DNA from: a virus
DNA: 64,000 bases
Strand: one strand, 5' to 3'
Virus record (IMG/VR): IMGVR_UViG_3300028800_000061
Span: 95,824 to 159,823 of that record
How positions within the stretch are numbered: position 1 is the stretch's first letter; each line of letters starts with the position of its first letter. Of the stretch, positions 1-9,782 are shown piece after piece. The notes beneath the pieces were generated by a model. The model was not told the origin of the DNA. It ran no database searches and was given only the letters and a program-made list of their open reading frames with translations. The position numbers and the translations under genes were made by a program.

Positions 1-192
1 AGATCCGCTGCTCGCCGCGTTCCAAGTCACCGAAGGCCGGGTTGTCACACTCGAAACGTTGGCGGTGCCGTTCGCTCCCGGGGAACCTGTGTGAAGCTGC
101 ACGAATGTGGTCGCGATGCCGGTGAAGGTGGTGTTGTTGAGCACATTCAGCCAGGCGTTCGCCAAGTTGGTGGTCTGCAGGCCGTCAGCCAT
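1..192 (-). CDS. minor tail/fiber-like protein, N-terminal part (runs off window edge)
   Basis: Translated by hand: MADGLQTTNLANAWLNVLNNTTFTGIATTFVQLHTGSPGANGTAN; the FVQLHTGxPG motif is typical of actinophage minor tail proteins; lies downstream of tape measure. Confidence 0.65.
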   Translation of the reverse strand, partial: MADGLQTTNLANAWLNVLNNTTFTGIATTFVQLHTGSPGANGTANVSSVTTRPSVTWNAASSGS

Positions 193-307
193 CTATCTCA
201 TCCTTCTTCTCATCAGCCACGTCAGATGCTTTGATCACCCGCGCGTCTGCTTCGATTTCGATGCGCATATCGACGGTCGGCGGGGTGCCGTGCTCGTTAT
301 CTGGCAT
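185..307 (-). CDS. small acidic hypothetical protein (40 aa)
   Basis: MPDNEHGTPPTVDMRIEIEADARVIKASDVADEKKDEIDG; GGAG/AGGTG RBS; stop overlaps start of the next gene. Confidence 0.55.
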   Translation of the reverse strand: MPDNEHGTPPTVDMRIEIEADARVIKASDVADEKKDEIDG

Positions 308-328
308 GCATCACCTGCTCCAGGGCGC

Positions 329-364
329 GCGAAAGCCCCAGCCCGGAAAGGCCAGGGCTTTCGC
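329..364. terminator. hairpin downstream of tape measure gene
   Basis: GCGAAAGCCC...GGGCTTTCGC inverted repeat. Confidence 0.45.
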
Positions 365-376
365 TGTTCGTGGCGG

Positions 377-3300
377 CTATTTGGTTGCGAGCGTGAGACC
401 GTTAGTACCGTTCCTGCGGTTGTAACGCAGGGTGTACTTCTGGTCAGTAGCCTGAAGATTGCTGCCGGTCGGCCATTGCATCTTCAACGTCAAATTCAGT
501 GTCTGCTGGGAAGATGTGACACCGAACCCGCCCGCTCCTTGCGATGCGGCCAGGGCCACGCCTGTGGCCGGGTGCACAGTCCCAGGTGCAGTTGCGCTGC
601 TGAGCGCCCTCATGGCAGCAGTCACATGCGGCAGCCCGGCGATGATTCCTTGCGCGAGTCCTTGTGACACCATCATCCCGTGCTGGTACATCACCGTCGA
701 TGGCGACTTGATCCCCAGATCTTTCTTGATCTGGCTGACCATGCCTTTAGCGATCTTCGTCATTTCCTTCGTGATCGCTTTTTCTTGCGCTTCCAGCCCG
801 GATAGGAAACCCTTCCCGGCCTGGGCGCCCGAGTCATACATGGCGTTAGCGGCGGTTTGCCCAAGCGACTTAGACGCCGAAGTGATACCAGACTCGGCTT
901 TGTTGATCGCCTTAATGTTCCCCGGGACCTGCAATAGCGCCTTCGCGATGGCCAGGCCCTGCACGGGCCCGGCCTGGATGATCTGGTTGATGTAATCCTT
1001 GTTCAGCCCCAGTTTCGACAGTTGGCCGATCGCCGACTTGAACTGGTTTATCTGGGACAGGTCGGCCTGCAAGTTGGCCAGAATGTTCTGCGAGGTGATC
1101 GGCCCGCTACCCGCTGCCGACACGAGATCAAACGTGCCAGCGACGCTACTGGCCGTGTTCGTGGCGAACGTTTTCGCCTTGGAAATCGTTGACATGATCG
1201 CGGATCGTTTGGTGGCGAGGGCTTGCAGTTTGTTGTTGTCAGCCTCGATCCACTTGGTTACGTTGCTCTCCGTCTGAGAGGAGATATCGCCCGCGTCAAA
1301 CGCTTCCTTGATGTAGGTGACCAGTTTCCCGGCTGCCGATTTGACTTTCGACGCAGTTCCCTCAAGTCCCGCGACTATGCCGTTGCCGATTTCAACCGCA
1401 ATGTTCTGCATGACCTTCGACGGTGAGCTGATCCCGAGCACGCTCTTGATTGACGATATGGCCGCGCTGCCGATACTGCCTGCCGCGTCACGTACGGCCC
1501 CGAGGGACGCGGTGATTCCGTGAACGAAACCCATGATCAGGTTCTTGGCCAGGTCGTACAGCAACGTGACCGCACCGTTGAAAATGGTCCGCATCACGTT
1601 GAGGATGCCGTGGATCTCATCCGAGGTCAGTTTTTTCAGGTCGGTCCACGCTTTCGCCCAGTGCCCGGTGATGATGTCCAGGAACAGTGCGATGGCGTCG
1701 CGGATTATGGCCAGCTCGGCGCGGATTAGCGCGGCGACAGTATCCCAGACTAGTTTAACCGTGTCGCGTATCAGGCCCCACGCGATAGTCCATGCGGCTT
1801 TAATCACTGCCAGGTCGATTTTGATCGTCGCGATTATCTCGGCGAGATACGTCTTGACGATGAAACTTACAACCGCCCAGACGACCCGTGCGACCTCTTC
1901 GATTTCCTTGTGGTTCTGCTCCCACCACACCCTGAATGCTGCAATCTGCTGCTTCACAAACACAAGCGGGCCGTGAACGAACCAGTCGATCACGGCACCC
2001 GCGGCGCGCATCGCCACCGCCCAGGCGGATTTGAAAGCGTTCGCGACATCATGAACGATGTCACGGACCAGTTTGCTGTGCTCATACAGTTCGTACAGGC
2101 CAAGCGCGAGTGCGCCGATCGCAATGATCGCGACACCGACGGGGTTAGCTGAGAGAACTGCGCCAAGGCCCTCCACCGAGGCGGTGACCAGCTCCACCCC
2201 CACCGCGATAGCGATAACCGCCCCAGCGAACGCCGCCATCTTCTCGTGGTGGGAAATGAACTCCATGAACTTGTCAACCGCCCGCACGACTTTGGTGAAG
2301 ATGGGCAGCAGTTTCGTCCCGAAAGTGATGACCAGGTTCTCGACATCGGCGAGGAACTGAGTCCAGGCGAAGTGCGCTGTCTTCTCCGTCTCAGACCACG
2401 ACTTGCCGTATCCTGATACCGCCTTGCCTATGCCTTCGTACTTGGTTCTGATGTTGTCCAGATTCGACATCAGGGACAGCATGGCTTTGTCGGACCGGCC
2501 GCCGCCGAACAGTTTCGCCATGACCTGCGAGGCCTGGGCTGCTGACAGCCCGGACGCTTTGAAGGCTTTCTCCATGTCCGACAACGCGATGTAGATGCCG
2601 TCAGGTTTCCGCAGATCCGTGGCGATCTTGTTGACTGTCAGCCCGTAGGAATTCATCACATCGGCCAGCGACTTGTTTTTCAACGTGATATTGTCGGTCG
2701 CCAGTCCAAGTGACCGCAGGAACGTGTTCGCCTCCTTCGACCCTGATGTGACCATGGAAAGCCCCATGGTCAACCGGGTTGAAGCTGTCTCCGCAGTGTT
2801 ACCCCGGTCAGTCAGGTACGCCAAGGCCGCACCCATTGACCGGATCGAAATGCCCATGGCCGCGGCGGTAGGCGCCCAGTTCTTAATTGACTGGTTAAAG
2901 TTCTGGAAGCGCATGTCGCCCTGGCCGACGATCGCGTTCAGCAACCCGGCGGTCTTGGCGGCGTCACTGGTGTTCAGGTTGAACGCCTTCATCACCGATG
3001 ACAGGGCGTACGTTGTGTCTTCCAGATCGGCGCCGTGGATCTGCGCGAGCTTGGCCGAGTTGGCGACAGTCGCAAGCGAGTTACTCAGACTCAGGCCAGC
3101 GCTAATTGGGTGGTAGAGAGCCGTCGCGATGGCTGTGCCAGATTCCCCAGTCTGGTATCCGATCTGGAGGATCTTCTGGGACAGTGCGGCCATGCTTATA
3201 CCGGTCAAGTGCGCGGCGGTGTACAACTGGGTGACGGCAGCCTGAAACTTCATCGCTTTGTCGATGGAGTAACCCACGGCGACTGCGACTCCGGCGATGG

Positions 3301-4066
3301 CCAGCTTCGTTGCTGAGCCGAGTCCGGCCATCGCGCCGGCGTTCCGCTCGTTCGCGGCCGCTTCCTCGTTGGCCATATCCCGTGTCAGCCGCTCGTCCGC
3401 TGCCAGGGTCTGCTGAGCTTTCGCCGAGGTCGCCGCAGCCCGGGCGGACGCTATGTGGGCATCCCGGAGTGCCGCTTGCACCTCGAGGGCGCTCTTGGCC
3501 ATGTCCGCTTCGAGCGCCTCAGCTTCAGCGAGCTTGGATTCGGCGGCCGCCGCTTCAGCCGCCGACGCAGCCAGCGCTCTCTGCTCCTCCGCTGCTGCTG
3601 CGGCGGCGGCGCCGGCCCGCTCAGCTCCGGCAGCCGCCTCAGTTGTCGCCTCGCCGGCGGCCTGCGCACCGGCGGCGAGGCGCGCTTCCGCTGCGGCAGC
3701 CTCGGATGCGGCGTCGATTGCGCGGGCGAGCCCATCCACCAGCAGCCACTCGGCTGAGGTGAGATCTGTTTCGGCGGCGACGGTTTGCATGGCCGCGGTG
3801 GACAGTTCCTCTTGCGCCGCGGCCTGCTCGGTCGCGGCTGCTGTCGCAGCCTCGGATGCTGCGGTAGTGTCGGCGGCGCCGGTTGCGATCCCGCCCGCGC
3901 TGACCGCACCAGCGGTTGCCTCGGTTGATGCGCGAGCCAGATCTTGCACCTCAGCGATTGAGGCCATCAGCCGCTCGTTGCTGGCGATCATCTCGTCGAT
4001 GCCCGCAACCCATTTACTGGCATCCGCGACAAACTCTTCGATCGCTGGTGGCAGCAGTTCAGACAC
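377..4066 (-). CDS. tape measure protein (TP901-type core)
   Basis: 1229 aa, Ala-rich helical; core motif LSSVMKAF..GDMRF..AAAMGIS; Trp-periodic repeats; follows tail chaperones. Confidence 0.93.
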   Translation of the reverse strand: MSELLPPAIEEFVADASKWVAGIDEMIASNERLMASIAEVQDLARASTEATAGAVSAGGIATGAADTTAASEAATAAATEQAAAQEELSTAAMQTVAAETDLTSAEWLLVDGLARAIDAASEAAAAEARLAAGAQAAGEATTEAAAGAERAGAAAAAAAEEQRALAASAAEAAAAESKLAEAEALEADMAKSALEVQAALRDAHIASARAAATSAKAQQTLAADERLTRDMANEEAAANERNAGAMAGLGSATKLAIAGVAVAVGYSIDKAMKFQAAVTQLYTAAHLTGISMAALSQKILQIGYQTGESGTAIATALYHPISAGLSLSNSLATVANSAKLAQIHGADLEDTTYALSSVMKAFNLNTSDAAKTAGLLNAIVGQGDMRFQNFNQSIKNWAPTAAAMGISIRSMGAALAYLTDRGNTAETASTRLTMGLSMVTSGSKEANTFLRSLGLATDNITLKNKSLADVMNSYGLTVNKIATDLRKPDGIYIALSDMEKAFKASGLSAAQASQVMAKLFGGGRSDKAMLSLMSNLDNIRTKYEGIGKAVSGYGKSWSETEKTAHFAWTQFLADVENLVITFGTKLLPIFTKVVRAVDKFMEFISHHEKMAAFAGAVIAIAVGVELVTASVEGLGAVLSANPVGVAIIAIGALALGLYELYEHSKLVRDIVHDVANAFKSAWAVAMRAAGAVIDWFVHGPLVFVKQQIAAFRVWWEQNHKEIEEVARVVWAVVSFIVKTYLAEIIATIKIDLAVIKAAWTIAWGLIRDTVKLVWDTVAALIRAELAIIRDAIALFLDIITGHWAKAWTDLKKLTSDEIHGILNVMRTIFNGAVTLLYDLAKNLIMGFVHGITASLGAVRDAAGSIGSAAISSIKSVLGISSPSKVMQNIAVEIGNGIVAGLEGTASKVKSAAGKLVTYIKEAFDAGDISSQTESNVTKWIEADNNKLQALATKRSAIMSTISKAKTFATNTASSVAGTFDLVSAAGSGPITSQNILANLQADLSQINQFKSAIGQLSKLGLNKDYINQIIQAGPVQGLAIAKALLQVPGNIKAINKAESGITSASKSLGQTAANAMYDSGAQAGKGFLSGLEAQEKAITKEMTKIAKGMVSQIKKDLGIKSPSTVMYQHGMMVSQGLAQGIIAGLPHVTAAMRALSSATAPGTVHPATGVALAASQGAGGFGVTSSQQTLNLTLKMQWPTGSNLQATDQKYTLRYNRRNGTNGLTLATK

Positions 4067-4069
4067 GGT

Positions 4070-4504
4070 TCACGGCCTGATCACGACAGATTTGAACCGG
4101 CTCCGGGCGGTTCGGCTCAGAGCGCCGGAGGCTTCGATCCGTTCCTTGGCCGGCCGGAGATATGGCCGCGCGGGCAGCGTTGAGCCGCGGCCCGCGGTCC
4201 CTCCCAGTTCCTGTATCCGCGCGTAGGGGACAGTGCCGCCGACAGCTACCGACGACCGCGCGCCACCTGCGGGGCCCTGCTTGATGGTGATCGAGGCGCG
4301 CAAGTTCCCGCTGATCCGCGCGGGCGGCTCACCAGGCGGCGACGGCGTCGGCGTGTGAGGTGCGTGCGACCGGCGGGACAACTCGTCCCGCTGCACCTCG
4401 GAAACCATCAGGGATGCCATGGCGAGCGCGGCCGCACGCGCCCCCCAGGGTGCCCGGTCGCGTATCCTCTGCAGTTTCTCGTTGATCTCGCGGATGCTTG
4501 CCAC
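4070..4504 (-). CDS. HK97 gp10-like neck/tail completion protein
   Basis: SPPGEPPARISGNLRASI...VPYARIQELGG...LPARPYLRPA motif. Confidence 0.8.
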   Translation of the reverse strand: MASIREINEKLQRIRDRAPWGARAAALAMASLMVSEVQRDELSRRSHAPHTPTPSPPGEPPARISGNLRASITIKQGPAGGARSSVAVGGTVPYARIQELGGTAGRGSTLPARPYLRPAKERIEASGALSRTARSRFKSVVIRP

Positions 4505-4526
4505 ACCAGGTCACCCGCTTCCTGGC

Positions 4527-4754
4527 TCATTTCGGGTTGGACATGATCTGGGTGGCGTAATCGCGGGCCTCAGCGATTACCGGTGCGACAGTCGCCCAAT
4601 CGGACGGGAGTGCGTCTACTTGCTCGGGAGTCCACCCGTATCGCTCGGCGAACCAGGACCACTCGATGTACTCGTCAGGGAGCGGGCAGGCGGCGCCGGG
4701 TCGCCTGAGGAAGTAGTCGGCAAGACGCTGCCTGAGATGGTCTGGGGTTTTGGG
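4527..4754 (-). CDS. tail assembly chaperone -1 frame extension (gpGT-like)
   Basis: The -1 frame after CCCAAAA (4748-4754) reads ...DHLRQRLADYF...WFAERYGWTPEQVDALP... to TGA at 4527; GWTPEQV is typical of T domains. Confidence 0.8.
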   Translation of the reverse strand, partial: PKTPDHLRQRLADYFLRRPGAACPLPDEYIEWSWFAERYGWTPEQVDALPSDWATVAPVIAEARDYATQIMSNPK

Positions 4755-5071
4755 CCGTTCAGCACCCGGTCGTAGACCGGACGGACCGCCTGGTACAAGG
4801 CGTCCTGATCGTCCATGGAGAGGTTGTTCAGGATCGCGTCACCGTCAACCGCTTGCCCTGGCAGCGGCTGCGCCAGCGTCCAGCCGATGATCATGCGTTT
4901 CAGCAGGGCATACATGATGCGGTCTTCGAGTTCGGCGGTGAATACCCGCGACTCGTCCCCGTTGATGGTGATGGAGATCGCGCCGCGGGCAGCTCGCCGG
5001 TCTCCTCCGTTGGGCTCGTCACGCAGATCGGCGTGATTGCCGGCGGACAGTTGCACGCGCAAACCAGTCAC
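4616..5071 (-). CDS. tail assembly chaperone (gpG-like, unshifted product)
   Basis: Lies between tail tube and tape measure; contains slippery site C CCA AAA. Confidence 0.8.
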   Translation of the reverse strand: MTGLRVQLSAGNHADLRDEPNGGDRRAARGAISITINGDESRVFTAELEDRIMYALLKRMIIGWTLAQPLPGQAVDGDAILNNLSMDDQDALYQAVRPVYDRVLNGPKPQTISGSVLPTTSSGDPAPPARSLTSTSSGPGSPSDTGGLPSK

Positions 5072-5125
5072 AGTCCTTTCAGGCAGGTAGCTGAATACAG
5101 CAGATGGTTTGTTGAAGGCAGCCGG

Positions 5126-6373
5126 TCAGTAGTTGACGACCGCGTTTGTGACCTGCACGACCGCCGGTGAGTACCCGCCTGATGGGCCAGCGTTAGTGGT
5201 GTTAGCCACTGCCTGGACCGTCATGTTGTACCCGAAGGTCGTTTTCGAGTCCTCGATCTGGCCTGTGTCATACGCGGCGACTTGCGCGCTGATAACCACC
5301 TGGACCAGGTTCGCGCCGACCAGGCCGTTGGTTGTCGTGATGGCCAGTGTCGGCTGAGTGTTGTTCAGGTACTCAAGGAACGGCGACTCGTCAATAGCCG
5401 GGTCGTACATGAGCGAGAATGTCGCATCAAGCTCACCGCGTGGGATGGCGAACGGTGTCTGCTGCCCGGCGTTAGTGAACTTCGGGTCAACTTTCCGGAT
5501 GAACGTTGATTTCCATTCCATGATGTTGTTCACCGGGGAGCCGCCGACACTGATTGTTGTCTGCCAGTCCGCGTACGGCTTCACGGTCGAAATAGTCGCA
5601 GTCGGGGGCGCCCCGGCCACCGCTGACGAGAACGATGTGGCTTTCCCGTCCCACATCAGCAGCGCTGTTGCGGTACCTGTGAATGACACTTCCGAGAAGC
5701 ACGTGTACGCGTAAGCCCGTGCGCCCACTGATGCGGTGACCCCGGTGTAATCGGTGAACGTGTGCGTCGGTGGCTGCGCCGTCGACCAGCCACCTGCACC
5801 GAGCCCGTTGTTCAGCAGGGAGAAGTTGTGCACGTAGGTGGTGACCGCGCTGTACGGGGTGACCGCCGCTCCGGACAGGTGGTTCTGGTACAGGGGGCTG
5901 CTCAGCGTCACCGTGGTGGACACCACGTTGGTGACAGTCCGCACCTCCTCTGCGGTGGTCCCGAGGGCGCCGACCGCGATAGTGGTGCCGTTACTGATGC
6001 CAGTCGCCGACGTCACGGAGATGGTGGCCGCGCCGGCTGTGTAGCCGGAGGCGAGAGTGGTAGGGGTGGCGGAGGTGCCGTTAACAGCCTGCCAGTAATC
6101 CCCGAAAATGTTGACCAGTGGGTACCCGACACCGTCACCGAAAACCGGGGCTTCCATTTCGAGATCACCGATCTCAACGCCCTGGATCAGGTTGTACAGC
6201 CCGGCCATGGCGTTCCGCCATGCGGTGTCTTTCAGGTAGGTGATGTTGTCTTTGGGTGTGAATTTGGTCAACGGCATGGTTGCCGTGGGATCGACTGCGG
6301 TTCCCGGGGTGACCTCTTTCGCCACGCCGATAAACCTTCTGGTAACCGGGAAGACAGCACTTGCGGTGCTCAT
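5126..6373 (-). CDS. major tail tube protein
   Basis: 415 aa; FIGVAKEVTPGT N-terminus, beta-rich; upstream of chaperones. Confidence 0.85.
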   Translation of the reverse strand: MSTASAVFPVTRRFIGVAKEVTPGTAVDPTATMPLTKFTPKDNITYLKDTAWRNAMAGLYNLIQGVEIGDLEMEAPVFGDGVGYPLVNIFGDYWQAVNGTSATPTTLASGYTAGAATISVTSATGISNGTTIAVGALGTTAEEVRTVTNVVSTTVTLSSPLYQNHLSGAAVTPYSAVTTYVHNFSLLNNGLGAGGWSTAQPPTHTFTDYTGVTASVGARAYAYTCFSEVSFTGTATALLMWDGKATSFSSAVAGAPPTATISTVKPYADWQTTISVGGSPVNNIMEWKSTFIRKVDPKFTNAGQQTPFAIPRGELDATFSLMYDPAIDESPFLEYLNNTQPTLAITTTNGLVGANLVQVVISAQVAAYDTGQIEDSKTTFGYNMTVQAVANTTNAGPSGGYSPAVVQVTNAVVNY

Positions 6374-6624
6374 GCCTGCGCCCCCTTCTTAGTGCGCGCC
6401 GTGGAAACGGCTGGCTCGGGGGCATGCTCGACAGGATCAGGGTCGGTTTCTGGATCTGGTGACCACCGGCCGTCAGCTGGCGGCACCGGCAATTCCTCGT
6501 TACCGGGAGCGGGTGCTATCTCGTACGCGTGGCCAGGTGACGCTTCCAACGGCCTCCCGGCGCCGGCATCCATGTATTGCGTGTAAAACAAGTCAGTCGT
6601 GCCGAGGTACGGGTAACGCGCCAC
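6370..6624 (-). CDS. small virion-module hypothetical protein
   Basis: GGAGG RBS; ATGA overlap with tail tube gene. Confidence 0.6.
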   Translation of the reverse strand: MARYPYLGTTDLFYTQYMDAGAGRPLEASPGHAYEIAPAPGNEELPVPPADGRWSPDPETDPDPVEHAPEPAVSTARTKKGAQA

Positions 6625-6645
6625 ACGCCTCCGGGTGGATGAAAG

Positions 6646-7167
6646 TCAGGACTGGAAATACTCAATGACGTTGATTGTGAGCCGGGCGTCGTACCGCAAG
6701 TACGCCTGATCGGCCAGGGTGTGCAGAACAGCGAACTCGTAACTCATTTCCTCGCCGATGCCGAGCAGCAGGGAGGAAATGACTCCGGTAACCGGATCGG
6801 TGATCAGCACCTCATCCGTGGATGGGCGCAGTGCGGCCATCACCGCATCCACAACAGCGGGGAAATTTGTGTCCGCTTGCGGATCGTCAGCAGCACCAAC
6901 CCAGGCCAGGTACAGGTCAACTTTGTGGGTGATCTGCTTCCACCCGGGCGCGATCACGTTCGGGCCACCTGCCCGCGGTGGGGTCAGCCGTGTTTCCTCA
7001 CCAGATCCGGGCCACAGGTACGCCTTCGGTGCGTCCAGGTCACCCGGATCCGGTGGCGTGATCACGCACTCAAGTGCGCCCTGCTGGCCAGGTTCGGCTG
7101 GCAGCGGCAAGCCGTTCAGCAGGCCGGTCAAATAGGTTTGGACGGAGTTCACCGGCACAGGCACCAC
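6646..7167 (-). CDS. putative tail terminator / neck protein
   Basis: Position and size (173 aa) upstream of tail tube. Confidence 0.6.
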   Translation of the reverse strand: MVPVPVNSVQTYLTGLLNGLPLPAEPGQQGALECVITPPDPGDLDAPKAYLWPGSGEETRLTPPRAGGPNVIAPGWKQITHKVDLYLAWVGAADDPQADTNFPAVVDAVMAALRPSTDEVLITDPVTGVISSLLLGIGEEMSYEFAVLHTLADQAYLRYDARLTINVIEYFQS

Positions 7168-7189
7168 CCCCTGCCGGGCGACCTCGCGC

Positions 7190-8149
7190 TCAGATGACCC
7201 GCCGGTACGGCTGGACCAGCGCCTGAGCTTCTTTCATGTACCAGCCAGGCGTGTTCACCGAACTGTCCCCGTGACCCGGTACGGCCTGGATGGTGGTGGC
7301 CGTCGCCCCGCGCACCAGGGCCTGGGAGACAGCGAACAGGATGGCCGCTTGGATGACGGACTGCGGCAGGGTGGTGGCCATCACCCCCACCGGGTGCTTG
7401 TAGGCCAGCGGTGAGGACAGGGTGAGCAGGCCGGGCCCGGACAGTGCGGTCGCGTTGGTGACGGTGAACGTCTCCTGCGCGCCGGGGTCGTGCAAGGTGC
7501 CGGTGGCGCCGGAGACCATCCCCGGCGGCGGTCCCCACCCAGTGCAGTCGTCCACTTGAAGGGTGACGTCATCCTCTGCGGCTGCAGCGGCAAGTGACCC
7601 GTGCGGCCACCCGTTGATGTAGGTGGTTTCGACTTGGTAGCCGCTCCGGCCGCCCCACCACCACGACGCGTACCCGGGTGCGAGAAGGACCGCCGAGCCG
7701 CCATCACCGGAACCGCCAGGGCTGGTGGTGCCGTACACCCCGATGACCGGTTTCTCGATCTTGTAACCGGTCGCGGGGATCGGGTTCCACTCGGCCGGGA
7801 ATGTGACCGTCGCGGCTACCCGGCCGGAGAGCACCGCGGTTACCGGCGAGCGGGACAGCAGCAACCGTGCGATCCCGGGCCCGAACATCTGGAATCGCAG
7901 ATCTCCTGGCCCGAACAAGGTCTCGGTGTCCACCGTTGCGCGCAGCGGCTGGTTGCAGAACCCGTCGATCATCGAGGTAGCCCGGCGGCACAAGTTCAAC
8001 TGCTCATCGAATTGCTGCTGCTCGGTCGGCCTCGATCCGGCCCCCACGGTGTTCCACACCACACCTGTAGGGGCGGCGATCAGCATCGCCGGCAGTACGT
8101 ACGGGGTGCCCGGGCTGGCTGGGACACCGGCCGGGTTGTACTCATTCAC
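7190..8149 (-). CDS. head-tail adaptor/connector protein
   Basis: RRATSMIDGFCNQ...TTYINGW...LPQSVIQAAIL...LVQPYRR pattern of head-tail connectors; GTG start chosen at 8149. Confidence 0.7.
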   Translation of the reverse strand: MNEYNPAGVPASPGTPYVLPAMLIAAPTGVVWNTVGAGSRPTEQQQFDEQLNLCRRATSMIDGFCNQPLRATVDTETLFGPGDLRFQMFGPGIARLLLSRSPVTAVLSGRVAATVTFPAEWNPIPATGYKIEKPVIGVYGTTSPGGSGDGGSAVLLAPGYASWWWGGRSGYQVETTYINGWPHGSLAAAAAEDDVTLQVDDCTGWGPPPGMVSGATGTLHDPGAQETFTVTNATALSGPGLLTLSSPLAYKHPVGVMATTLPQSVIQAAILFAVSQALVRGATATTIQAVPGHGDSSVNTPGWYMKEAQALVQPYRRVI

Positions 8150-8480
8150 CGCGGGCCACAGCCAGGTCCTCGGCTGGCAGCACGAGGATCTTGAATCCCA
8201 GGCCCTGATGTTCGGCAATCTCAGTGGCCCGCTGCTGGTATTCCTGCACTTGCGCCGGGGTGCAATCCGGGGAAATCCGGACGATCAGCGTTTCGCCAGG
8301 AGCGACTACGGTGACGCACTCGCGCAGCAGATCCCGCATCTCATCTGGGGTCAGGGATGACACTGGCGGGAGCACCATGAGCCGGTGCCTGTCCTGGGAA
8401 GCCATCTGCTCCTGAAACCGGTCACGCCACTCCTCTAGCTGCGGCTGAGTGAGCCGGGCGCCGTCATCCCAACTGTCCAT
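8142..8480 (-). CDS. hypothetical protein
   Basis: Tightly packed ORF in the head-neck operon, MDSWDDGARL... Confidence 0.55.
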   Translation of the reverse strand: MDSWDDGARLTQPQLEEWRDRFQEQMASQDRHRLMVLPPVSSLTPDEMRDLLRECVTVVAPGETLIVRISPDCTPAQVQEYQQRATEIAEHQGLGFKILVLPAEDLAVARGE

Positions 8481-8485
8481 CCTTG

Positions 8486-8677
8486 TCACCGCCCTTGCTT
8501 GTGCTGGTCGCGGACGCATTTCGTGCACACCCATCCACCGGTGTCCGGGTCGCTGATCGCATGCTTGAGGCACACCAGGTCGCCGCACTCGCGGCAGTTG
8601 ATGGATGCGTCGGATGGGTGGCGTTTAGGGCCGCCGCAGCGGGCACAGTGCGGCCGGCCGTGGCGGCGGGCTCTCAC
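8486..8677 (-). CDS. small Cys-rich (zinc-finger-like) protein
   Basis: CARC, CREC, CLKH, CTKC motifs. Confidence 0.55.
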   Translation of the reverse strand: MRARRHGRPHCARCGGPKRHPSDASINCRECGDLVCLKHAISDPDTGGWVCTKCVRDQHKQGR

Positions 8678-8681
8678 CCGG

Positions 8682-9221
8682 TCAGAGCGGGCGGGACCGC
8701 GGCCGGCCCGGCTTACGCGCTGGCGCAGCCACAGCAGGCGCTGTTCCGGCCGGCTTGTCCTCTGCCACAGGCGTCTCGGACGGCCCGGACAAGGCCTTGA
8801 GCAGTTCGGCGCGCTCGCTGGCTGGCAGTGCTGCCAGTTGCGCCGCAATAGTGGATGCGGACAGCACAGGCGCCTCCACTTGCTTCGGGGCCTGAACCAT
8901 CTCGGCGAGCTTCGTGGAGAAGGTCCGCATGGCGGCCTTCTGCATCAGCTGGCCCTCCCGCTCAGCGATCTCCACTTCGGAATGCTCATCGGGAGTGAGC
9001 GGAACACCGGCCGGGGTGGCAGCCCATCCGTACGCGCCGCCGATCAGGATCGGCACGCAGGCTGGGCACCGGACCACAGGGTGCCCGGTGTCGTCGATGG
9101 ACACGGTGTGGCTGTCACCGCACCCACCGCGGTCTGGTGGCACGTTGACGGTGCCCGGGCCGACCCGCCCGTCCGGTGTGGGCGCCAGGTCGGACATCCC
9201 GTACGCGATGGTGCTGGTCAT
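8682..9221 (-). CDS. hypothetical protein with Zn-binding motif
   Basis: CGDSH...CPAC; GAGGAG RBS. Confidence 0.6.
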   Translation of the reverse strand: MTSTIAYGMSDLAPTPDGRVGPGTVNVPPDRGGCGDSHTVSIDDTGHPVVRCPACVPILIGGAYGWAATPAGVPLTPDEHSEVEIAEREGQLMQKAAMRTFSTKLAEMVQAPKQVEAPVLSASTIAAQLAALPASERAELLKALSGPSETPVAEDKPAGTAPAVAAPARKPGRPRSRPL

Positions 9222-9499
9222 GTGTTCTCCTCGGTTGTTTCCGCCCCGCAGCGGGGGCACAGGAATGACCAGGCGTTCCATGTGCGCTTGCAGGGGATGC
9301 AGCGGCGGCCGCGCCTGGTGCCGAAAGCGAATTGGGGCCCGCCGCGCATCACGCCGGACTGGCCGTACCAGGACCGGTTGATGTACCGGGCGTCTTTCTC
9401 AGACACCTCGACTTGGCCGCCGGACCGGTCGGCGTCGTACTTGATGCCGTTGGCCATGTCGAGGCCTTTGCATCCGGTGGGCAGTTGCACAGTGGGCAC
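9218..9499 (-). CDS. hypothetical zinc-ribbon protein
   Basis: CIPC...CPRCG; overlaps start of the next gene. Confidence 0.6.
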   Translation of the reverse strand: MPTVQLPTGCKGLDMANGIKYDADRSGGQVEVSEKDARYINRSWYGQSGVMRGGPQFAFGTRRGRRCIPCKRTWNAWSFLCPRCGAETTEENT

Positions 9500-9502
9500 A
9501 GG

Positions 9503-9781
9503 TCACGCACCTGTCTGCAGCACGGATACGGCTGCGGTGCTGGATGCGGCGATCGCGTAAATCTGATCGCCGGAGAACAGGTAGCCGGAGAATGTGCCGT
9601 TTGCGGCAACGGCGGCACCGTTGGATGCGGTGACTCCGGGTCCGCCCAGGTACACGACGATCGACCCGGAGCCGTTGGCGAAGTAGAACCAGCCCACAGG
9701 CCCGGGGGTCTGTGAGACCGGCGCCGCCGCTACCAGCACCGCGGTGCTGGCTCCGGCTGTGTACTGGGCGGACCCGGCCAT
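9503..9781 (-). CDS. putative capsid decoration/accessory protein
   Basis: Small, beta-rich, Ala/Gly/Ser-rich; downstream of capsid gene. Confidence 0.55.
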   Translation of the reverse strand: MAGSAQYTAGASTAVLVAAAPVSQTPGPVGWFYFANGSGSIVVYLGGPGVTASNGAAVAANGTFSGYLFSGDQIYAIAASSTAAVSVLQTGA

Positions 9782-9782
9782 G

